DNA of 64,000 bases from Bispira polyomma. Its lineage: Eukaryota. The position numbers were made by a program, and so were the translations under genes. The stretch lies in the NCBI GenBank assembly GCA_965649765.1, contig OZ287752.1, forward strand, positions 53,382,001 to 53,446,000, in the 5' to 3' direction. Within the stretch, counting starts at the first letter, position 1. Each line of letters starts with the position of its first letter. The notes beneath the pieces were generated by a model. That model did not search any database. It had not been told where the DNA came from and saw only the letters and a list, made by a program, of their open reading frames with translations. Of the stretch, positions 27,386 to 37,092 are shown piece by piece.

Positions 27386-29079
27386 TTTCAATTATTTTAT
27401 ACATATATACTATATATCTACATTTTACATATTTTTAATGGATTAAATTTAAATGTACTATAATATGTATATAATGGATAGTATTAACACAGAAAAATTA
27501 AAAACTAACTTGCCCAATTTATGTGTTTTATTATGTGTTCACTGCTACATCATCCACTAGCTCACAGTTTAAGAGCCACTGTGCATTTTTAACACCCTTA
27601 TTGATGTGAGGCATCTTTTTCAGAGCAACTCCAGATTTAATTAACAATCAAGAAGTTCATAAACATATCCAGTGCATAATGCATTGAAATTCCAATGGTA
27701 TAAATGTGTACATTGTTGTTATATATTAATGTTTAAGATTACAATATAAAGAATAAGGGTCACACAAATACACATTCCCACACAAACCAAGGTTCTCCAA
27801 ATATTCCACAAGTCTGGTTTAAGTCACAAACCTTATTATCATTATTTCTCCGTGCTAGTGATGAGTAACACTATCGCCAGCCTAATTGACATCAATCATT
27901 TGGTTGTCTATCTAACAATCCAAGATTTGTAACATAGCTGTTTGCTTTTTGGAAATGTCGGCTAGCTTACTACTACCGAAGTTACTATTTGAATCTATAT
28001 TTTAGAAGTCAGCACACAGTAATCAAGTGTGATCATCATTATTACCTCCACCAAGCAACTTATATTTTCACTCATTTTTCAATGTTATGTAAGAAAATAA
28101 ATATCAAAGATTTGCTTATTGAATGTTTATTATTGTTTTCACTGGTTTCTTATTAAGACAATGTTAACTTGGGACATACTTGAATCATATTTACTAAATA
28201 CATTGTTAAAAGATATCTAGGGCACTCAGTGGAGTGCACCTAACCGCCAAGGTGCTAAAACTGCTCCCCCCAAATTTTGGATCTGCCCTTCTTCAAAATT
28301 TAATATATGCGTCTTTGGTCAATATTGCACAACATGACTGAATTAATACAAATCAGTTTAGTAGTTATTATAAAAATTCCAGTGACAAATTAACGAACAC
28401 AGGCAAAACACATATAAGCATAACAAATTAATCATTGATTACATACTGATCAATTTGTATATCAACTATTTATGAAGAGTGTGTTGCTTTTAAAATTAAC
28501 GCCTATTTGCAGACTGTAAATTAGGCACCTTAAATTTCAGTAATTATGTAAAGCTAGCTGTTAATTTCCTCAATTTAATAACACTAATTGAAGCAATTAT
28601 AATGCAGCAACACAATACATGCAGTAAAGGAGGAACATACAATTTTTTTTTTTTAAATTTGAATAAATTTTTTGCTTGAACCAATTTCCTGGCGTGGAAT
28701 AGAATTACATAATTCAATTTTCTGTGCCTAAAAAAATATTATTGCAAAACAAAATTACACCGAAATGCAATATGCTACGTTTTACATGATGTAGACTTTA
28801 TTGTTATAATTATCACATTTTACGGATGCACAGACATCAAGGCCCTTATTTTTGCAAAAAATAAATTAAACAAATTAAATAAATATGGTACGGTTTCAAT
28901 GTCGAAGGACAGAAAATAGGTCGACCACAGTTCCTCGGTGTGTGGGCAGATGATAGTTATTTAACCAACAACTCGCAGTAAGAAAAGATTGCGGTTAAAT
29001 ACTTTATTCTATATATATAATTTCTACTACTAACATATTTTTTATATACAGTTTCTTTGTAGAATGCGTAATACTGTTG

Positions 29080-29389
29080 CGGGCATAAGGTCCCCTTCAC
29101 TCAAGTGAGTTTAAGGCCTAGAGCTTATAGTAAGCTTATGTTTAGGTGACCTTAAGTACAATGAGTTTAAGAGTGTAAGTTTGCCAAAGTTGAGTTTGAG
29201 TCCCAACTTAGAGGATTTGAATTTAAGGTTATGAGTTTAAGTTTGGTAAAAATTTTGATTTAACTGCAAACTTAAGAGATTAAACTTTAAATTTATGCTA
29301 GTCTAAAGTTTGACTTAGGGTTTTAAGTCGAACTTTAGATACTTGAGTACAATATGTACTAATATAATGACGGGGGGGACCTTATGCCC
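29080..29389. repeat. Inverted-repeat-bounded, multi-hairpin structured region downstream of YR
   Basis: GGGCATAAGGTCCCC (29080-29094) / GGGGACCTTATGCCC (29375-29389); nested ACTCAAGT/ACTTGAGT; hairpins at 29220-29293 and 29302-29339. Confidence 0.85.
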
Positions 29390-29465
29390 AAAAAAGGTAT
29401 AATATTTATTGTTATTTTGACAGATCTTAAGCCCAAATATTTAAGTTAGACCACCAAGCCCCAAA

Positions 29466-30449
29466 CTAGTAGGTGTTTTGTAGGACATCTTTAAAGGAAT
29501 CTGCAACTTGAGTACCAGCATCAGCAGAGTCTGAGATGTAATGCCAAATGCAATCCGACGTCCAGGTGCCTTGTTTTTGAATATCCTGAATCTTGACATT
29601 ATTGTTAAACGCAAAGGTGGCACCTGAACGTCGGAAGGCGTGAAAGGTCAAGCCAGAGTATTGACCACCAAGTAGGGATAGTACATTTTTGAGGTGCCTT
29701 CGCACACGTGTCCGTTAGTGGAACCCACAAGCCTTGGAGTTTAAACTGAAATAATGGGAGATTTTTTCCTTTTGGTGAGATGGCTAACACAGCTTTCAAG
29801 GTCTGAACAGGACAAAGAATTGAATTTTGTATACTTGGGATGGTTAGCAATCGAACTGCATCATGTCTCTGCAGTGTCTTAGACCATTTGATCATAATAA
29901 CTGCATACCCTGGCTTAAAGAAAACATCAGCTCTAGCTATTTTCCAAAGAGGAGAGTATGACCCCATTGAATGATGACACAGATTGGATAAACGCAGAAA
30001 TGTAAAAAAACTTGTCAAATAAACAGCCTTGAAAATTTGGCCCATGTAAGTACTATCACATTTACTAATCAGAGCCCTAAGCAAGTGCACATCAAAAATT
30101 TACTTCAACTTCACCTGTAAGGGTCTATGCATAGCCAAGGCTTTAGTGAAATAAGAAATTCTCTGGTCAGAAAATACTTGAACATCTATATGAAACATAA
30201 CACATTTTGCCTTCACAGCCGAGATGTGATTTACTACCTGAGTGGCCGAAACACCATTGAAATTTAGAAACTCTAAATATGCTAAAATTTGCAACACAGT
30301 CACCTTGTGGGGAGGCCACGACATCAAGGCTCCAAAAGCTAGGAACTGTCGAAACATTCTGTCATATGCTTTATTAGTGGCTGGAGTGAGAGCTGAGTTC
30401 AGCCTATCACAAGCCTGTCTCATCAGAGCCAGACTCACAGGGTGAGTGC
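29466..30449 (-). pseudogene. Tyrosine recombinase of the Ngaro-like element (stop at 30100-30102, frameshift near 29700)
   Basis: FFTFLRLSNL (catalytic R), KWSKT, FHAFRRSGAT (HxxR), GTWTSDCIWHY (W and catalytic Y). Confidence 0.92.
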
Positions 30450-30473
30450 CTGAAAAAGAAAAACTAAAACCTG

Positions 30474-32972
30474 CTATATGAGAGTGTTCACATGAAGCAA
30501 ATTTTCAGGGGCAGGAAGCCATTGAATTGGTTCAGCCAGTTGGTTTACTAATAGGTGGTTACTTCCTGTCTCGGCCCATCTGCAAAGTAAGTCAGCCACT
30601 TTATTTTCTAGAATATGGACTACAACAATTTCAATGTCAAACTTACTGGCTAACATGTATATGTTTCTAGTATAGGTGGCCAATATGGGGTCTCTGGTAC
30701 GTCCTGTCTGTAAGACACTGACTACTGCCTGATTGTCACATCTTACTAAAATTCTCTGACACTTCCATTTTTGGACCCATAGCTTCATTGCTACCAAAAT
30801 GTTCAACATTTCAAGAGAAGCTATATTATACTCTGTCATACTTATAGGAACTATAATTTGGTATACTTGGTTCCCATAAATCCCCCCCATGCCTGTGAGG
30901 CAGGCATCCAGTTGTATCTCGCCTGATATGGGTTTATGTAAGAAAAAGGAAACACCATTGAACTGCTCTGCAAAAGTTCTAAACCAATTTAAGTCACGTC
31001 TGAATGCATCACTTATTACAATTTTATTTTTACTATGATTATCTCGTAGCAGTTCCAACATTCTATTCAAGAAAACCCGAGCATATTTAATACATTTAGA
31101 GATATATAGCAAAAGGCCCAGTAAGGACTGTAGTTCTCTTTTGGTACAATAATTTTTTGAAGCCCAATCCCTGCACTTGCTCTGAATTTCTGCCATTTTT
31201 TCAGACGGGATAGAAGTTGTGCATTTGACTGTGTGGATTATTATGCCTAGGCAGACTACCTCAGTGCTGGGTGGAACCAATTTTTTATGGCTAACTGTAA
31301 GACCCAGTTCAGCAAGCAATTCTTGCAATCTTATGAACGTTTTCTGAATTTTGCTGGGAAGTGATACACATAAAAAATCGTCGATATAATTGTGGACATT
31401 ATGATATTCTGAGTGCATTATGAAACACACTGCATCCGAAATTCATTGGAAAATAGTACTGCCATTCAAATAACCGAACGGCAGCGATTTATTGACATAG
31501 TAGGATTTCCACTTCAACCCTAAGAGGTCAATGTCGCCAGGGTCGATGGGGACGTGGCGAAACGCCCTACTCATGTCTATTTTAAATATCTGACAACCCT
31601 TTCCCAATTTAGACACTTCAGTAGTAAGATGATCAATAGAAGGGTAAGACAGTAAAAATTCGACACCCAGATACAAAGTCGGAGAATCACCTGCATTTAC
31701 TGAAGCCCCCTGAGGCCAACTCAAATCCACAATCACATGTCTGTTAAGCGAGTTGGGTTTGTGTCTGGTCATTAAAGGGGAACAATGCAAATTCCGAATT
31801 GGTGGAGTGTCGAAAGGACCAAGCATTGCCCCAAAGTCACATTCTTCCTTCATATAGGCATCTACATGTTGAGGAAATTCCTCTGCCGACTTATGGTTAG
31901 TTTCATTCGACTCGGTATGAATTTTTTGACACACATCAAGAGGGAATCCGTATTTTATAAGGAGAGGCAGTTGCCAATCCCAGTAGGTTTGTAAATACTT
32001 CCCCCACGTTTCTGTTTTTAATTGAGAATAGACAGGAATCTGGAGGCCAGTATAATTATGCCTGCCATCAAGACGTAGTTTCTCATGCATTTGTAATATG
32101 GATAGTTCGTGCCCTCCCCCACCATGGTCGGCAATCTCACTGTCCAAAGCCGAGAGAGGAATAAATCCATAAGCATGACTACTCTGGTCCTGCCATTTTT
32201 TGTGTGTTTGATTCGAGGCCCCCTTCTGCAGCAACTCCCTTTTATTTTTCTTGTGCTTTAAAGCAAATACTTATCAGAGGTTTCAACATTTTCATTAACA
32301 CGTTCTGTGCAAGTACTTGTCTCTTGGTGCTTTGCAAAGCCCCCATTGTTACCCAGCGTGCTACTAGAGCGAACGACTCTCACAATGGCTGCATTGTCCT
32401 CCACAGGTATTTGTGCCAACGCGGAAAACTGATTCTTAAGCTGAAAGCCACATTTAGCTTCATTGATGCGGCTCTTTTCGACCCCCCTCTGAATCGATAT
32501 TCTAACACCTTTTGTCTCCATGCCCAGTTGCTTTGTGCATGGGGGTCGCTTCACAATAGGTGTCACCTTCTTAGCCACTTGAATGGAGGTGCCAATTACA
32601 GGTGTTAACTTTTCAAACCTTTGAATAGATGTGGCAGCAGAGGTGTCAACATTATTCTTGAGTTCAGCTCTGCCAACCTTTTGTGGTTGGCAAAACCTGC
32701 CCTTTTGTGTCACCTTTCCAGAGCTAAACCTGTCAACCTTTTCTGTATGTCCCGTATTATATACAAACATTGATTTTTCTGGTACTAGTACTTTTTAAAG
32801 CCTCACTATAGCTAACATTCGGCCTTTTGACCTTCATATATTTACACATTTTCTGATACACATTTTTTTCAAACAAATGAAAATCTTTGAAGCCTGTGCC
32901 ATAGACAGTTCTATTTACGACCTCAAAATTTGCAACCTTTTTGTCCACTGCATCCAAGCAGTGGCCCCTCAG
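30474..32972 (-). pseudogene. pol: reverse transcriptase + RNase H (nonsense TGA at 31443-31445; frameshifts in the N-terminal part)
   Basis: ORFs 32757-32957, 32258-32770, 31443-32234 and 30474-31430. The last two share a frame (STIFQ*ISDAVCFIM). RT YIDD and RNase H D-E-D-D motifs are present. Confidence 0.92.
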
Positions 32973-32978
32973 TTTTTT
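32945..32978 (-). promoter_or_regulatory. Putative -1 programmed ribosomal frameshift signal (A AAA AAC + 7-nt spacer + hairpin)
   Basis: Minus strand GCA AAA AAC TGA GGGG CCACTGC TTGGAT GCAGTGG; the -1 frame is open into pol. Confidence 0.7.
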
Positions 32979-33957
32979 GCCTCTTTTTTGCTACACATAC
33001 TGGTCTTATGACTACCCCCACAAGTTCCTTCTTGAAAGAACCTGCAAGGTGTTGACTTTTCTAACTAGTTTTACTACTGCCAGTGCTACCAGCACGGCCA
33101 TTCGGCCCATGAAAAGATCTTGACACACCTACATGGCGTTGGGCGTGTGCCCTGCGGATCCGGTCGACCTTCTCAACATTCAACCACCCGAGCTTGTCCA
33201 TTTCCATATTTGTTAGGACTATCGCGTGACAGGCCTTCGCCGCCTCCCACAAAAAATCTTGGGCGTTCTCCATGAGGCCACTCATGTAATTTAGCATAGC
33301 GTTCTTAATTTCAGTCGACTTCTCCTCGTGAGCGATCCGGGTGAAGCCACAAACCCATTGGACAAGGGTTAAGTCGTCATAACTAGGGCGAGTCTTCGAA
33401 CTGCCGGTCAGCACATAATTCTGGGGCCATTCGACAGTCTTTTTTACAATAACCTTGTTCCCCCCAGTTCTCTGAGACTTAATTTTACCTGCGGGAGTTT
33501 CATTAAGAGACCGGAGGTTTTTTAACCTCTGTTCGACTTGCAACTGAATCTGAGCTTTCTGACTCAAAAATTCAACACTCGGAACGACAGTATCTGGGCC
33601 AGTAGATGGGCTTTTACCTTCATCAGCAGAGACTAGATCTTTAGAAACACTAGGAGTGATACTAGAAGTAACGGTACTACTTGCCTTACTACTGGTGAGG
33701 TTGGCTGCCAACGCTGCCTCTGTCTGCTGGACTCGCTGATCCATCCTCTCGACTACCTGGCTGAGAGATTGCAACTGCTGTTGTATAGCGCTAGATACAG
33801 CCTCGTTCGGATGAACCAGCGAGTCCTCATGGGAGCCAGCATCAACTTCCACTCCCTCACCCGAGACATCAGACATATTAACCGAACAGTTTCTTCCAAC
33901 AGGTCTCTCATGTTTTTGCAAACACTTTGAACAAAACACAATCTTTTTACCTGGCAT
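32969..33957 (-). pseudogene. gag-like ORF1 of the Ngaro-like element
   Basis: 298-aa ORF with N-terminal CxxC..H..C, coiled coil and conserved WPQNYV..YDDLTLVQWVCG..WE.AK.CHA.VL..ME..KL.W core; the Cys/His C-terminus (PCRFFQEGTC..H..C..KN*) lies in another frame after about 33060. Confidence 0.85.
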
Positions 33958-34104
33958 GACTTGAGTGTATATTGAATTAAAATACTAAAACCAAATAAAC
34001 AGTATAAAACATAAAACACTCTTTGTCACCCAAACAGTATTTGAATTTTCCTAGTGCTTCTGCTGACGAACGGTAAAAGGCGGAAAAATTTGAAAGGGGG
34101 ATGG

Positions 34105-34112
34105 CTTATATA
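34105..34112 (-). promoter_or_regulatory. TATA box of the retroelement promoter
   Basis: TATATAAG about 150 nt upstream of the gag ATG. Confidence 0.5.
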
Positions 34113-35899
34113 CTCGCCCATCCATCTCATAGTAGTGAACAGCCTGGTACCCCAGAACTGAGGCCGCTAACGCTAGGGGCGTTAGCTTTCACAATAACAT
34201 CCAACCCAAAAGCATAAAACATGAGTTACAGTGGGTAATAACAATAAATCATATGTGAGCAAATATGAAAGTAAACATATACATAACTTATTTTGGATAA
34301 TGGAGTTCAGCCGTATTAAAACATATTCATGAGAATGCAGGGGCTTAGCTAGTGAAGAAGCCAGTATGCCTAGGCATACCATTTTAATGACCGAAAAAAA
34401 ACATAATAAAAAAACATTAAATGACATAATTAGGTTTTCCCTATAGTTTTGATACAGGACATGGTCTTCTATTTGATGAACCTGCTATTTTATCTGAAAA
34501 AATTTTGCTCTTACAACAGATATAGATTGTAGAAGATTTTTGTAAATGTATTTAAGATAACGACAATTAAGAAGGGTTACAAGCTGAGGTCATTTGAGCT
34601 GGTTGTGATGTGTTGTGTTATAATGTGTTGTGTACATAATTATTAAGAATTACAATACCGGAATCATGTACTGGTTGAATATCATACAGCGTACTACTAG
34701 ACACTGTGGTATAGTTGATAACACATTTAGGAATGGGCCTGGGCCCGTATTTACTAACATACTTAGCCAAGTATTAGGCTTAAATCTAGTGTGCTTGGGT
34801 TCAGGGCTACCCAGGGTTCCCAGATTAGGACATATATAATGTCTTGACTACATACTTTAATAGCGATATTCTGTCATTTGGGTCATGTGACTATACCAAG
34901 TCACAAATGACAAAACATTGGCGATGTTTAAAAGTAGTGTTATTTCCTTTTTTTTTTAATTAGAGTGAATGGCATTTAGACTGGTACTACACTGGCGCAG
35001 TCATAAAACAGGATATATTCAAAGCACAAAACCAATATACTTGGTATGTTGTCATTAAACTTAAGGTGACAAGGCTGCTCGTGGTATAAGTTTGATACAT
35101 TTGCAATTAACTAATTCGTGAAAGGTTTGTGTTAGCATCAGTATGGATGCATCAGCTTGGCAAATGTAGTAGGCAGGCAAAATGGACGGTTCTCAAAAAT
35201 GATGATAATATGTGGTTACTTTTTCTCATCAGATTCCAATGCAGTGTGGCTAACAAATCTGTATTAATTTCCGGTGGTTTATTCTGTAATAAAGTTTGTC
35301 CAGATCCAATGCCATTCATTTAATTACAGAAATTACTATCAGTAAGATCTCATTGTGGGCGTTTTATTACATTCTTGCAGAATAACCAAATTGTTTGTGG
35401 ACTATCTTAACGAGATGCTTTAGCTTCTATTAGACAACTCTTTCTACTTCTCATTAAAAGGAAATGAGGGTTTAAGTGACCAATAATTGAATTTATTTGC
35501 AGATCTAATAATTAATTACTAGGGTGAGGGGTAGGGGTGATGGTCCATGTTCGAGTATCACCAGAGACAGTATAAAACATTTTGTAAATATAACCTTTTG
35601 ATTCAAATGTTCTCTGATTATTGCATCGTTGTATTTTTAGATTTAAACAGCTCTTATGGCTTCCCTAAAAGCTATTTCTGCAAATTGTTAGTAAGTATCA
35701 ATTCTCTTAACTAATTAGTTTAAGAATAAGAATCGTCAACTAAAAACTAATATAAACTGAAACGTTTTCTGTTGTTCAAATTCAGGCAATGCAAAAAAAT
35801 GCAAAAAAAAAAAAGATGTTTAAGTACAAAATTGTATCTACTAGTTTATGTAATCTAATTATGTTTACAATGACACTTTGTTTTAAACCTTAGTTACAA

Positions 35900-36115
35900 C
35901 ACAACAATATTGCTGGTTCAGTATTGTGACTTGGTTAACAGTCAACATGTCTTACTACTTGTTTGAGTGGAGGAAAATCCCTACAATTTTAGCCATCACA
36001 CTGTCATAAGTACCTGGCATATTTTACAAAACGAAGGAAGCAGTTTGATTTAAAAGCCAATGTCCTCAGAGGTGAGTGGCCAGTGCTTGTGAAGCTCACA
36101 GTTGTAAGCAATAAG
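35900..36115 (-). mobile_element. Degenerate tRNA-SINE (10399/54922 family)
   Basis: Minus strand CTTCACAAGCACTGGCCACTCACC..GCCAGGTACTT resembles the other copies. Confidence 0.45.
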
Positions 36116-36436
36116 ACATTGTCGTTGGTTCCCTGGGAAATTGTTGGGAGTCTTAAATATAGAATTCGGTTGAAATACCCTGACTTTATATTACACCTGG
36201 GGATATTGAAAAAAGTGGCCACTGTATTCAGATAGTTTACTTCTATTCATTAAAAGAATCATAAAATAAATAGGATATAAGACAGATATATATATTTTTT
36301 GGCATATAAGTATAACTGTTAAGGTGTTAAATGTGAGGGGTGTAATTATCTTCTTGAAAATGGATAACTGTTACTCGGATCCATTCTGGCACTCTATCTT
36401 CTAAGCGTGAACACTATGTATCCTGACTTTTATGCC

Positions 36437-37092
36437 GTGGTCACACTGAGCTTATGCTTCGCTTATGCACGAAAAATGGCTAAATTAAGGTAAAACGTAG
36501 TAAATGGAAGTAAAATGTAGTAAACGCAAGTAACAGAAGTAAACATAAGGAAAAGGTCGTACCTTAAGTTTTGTTATCTCCTGCTTTTAAAAAAAACGTC
36601 TTAATTTTCTGCTCGAAATTTTTTATGTTTTTAGCCGTTTTCTGTAAAAAATTTTGGAAACGGGTGGTGCGTTCGCGGCAAACCTATGAAACGTATTTAA
36701 TGCATATTTGACATGAAGAGCCGGATTAAAAAGATCTTTACCTACACATAATATTAGGCACGTGGAAAACGAGAACGAAAGGGGTTAACAAACGTTAAAA
36801 GTGAGAAGAACGAGTCTGAAATGGGTTTAGAAGCGTGACTAACGTAGTTCTAAAATGTGGCTAACGAGGCTCACATATTATTAAAACATGCTAACGAGGT
36901 AAACATAATTGAAAAAACTATTAAAACGTATTAAATGCGTGTAGAAACGTTTACAGATGCGTACTAAACGTGTACAAAACGGCCCATACATTTGATTTTT
37001 GCTACGTTTCCCCATTTTTCCATGGTTTTTCACTTTGTTTTCTCACGTTTATGAAAAAAAAAACAAAAAACAAACGTACTCAGTGTGACCAC
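36437..37092. mobile_element. MITE with terminal inverted repeats (PIF/Harbinger-like)
   Basis: 14-bp TIR GTGGTCACACTGAG (36437-36450) / CTCAGTGTGACCAC (37079-37092); CpG-rich interior with many AAACG repeats. Confidence 0.75.

Larger units (their letters stand above)
28900..34430 (-). mobile_element. Tyrosine-recombinase retrotransposon (DIRS order, Ngaro-like), decayed
   Basis: gag-like ORF, RT (KIDMSRAFRHVP, LPFG, YIDD), RNase H (LDAC..E..CDN..ADLL) and YR in the same orientation; no adenine methyltransferase after RNase H. Termini are approximate. Confidence 0.92.

Noticed and set aside
28900-29460. Hammerhead ribozyme in the Ngaro 3' region
   Set aside because: No CUGANGA/GAAA core in the correct stem context was seen; the nearest match, CAGATGA, is not convincing.
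30474-30620. DIRS1-type methyltransferase domain
   Set aside because: Pol stops about 35 residues after the last RNase H Asp with no DLFA/NPP motifs, hence the Ngaro-like call.
30242-33123. Plus-strand ORFs within the retroelement (30242, 31785, 32204, 32941)
   Set aside because: Antisense shadows of coding sequence with no motifs; the same applies to 59669-59932 within the GPCR.
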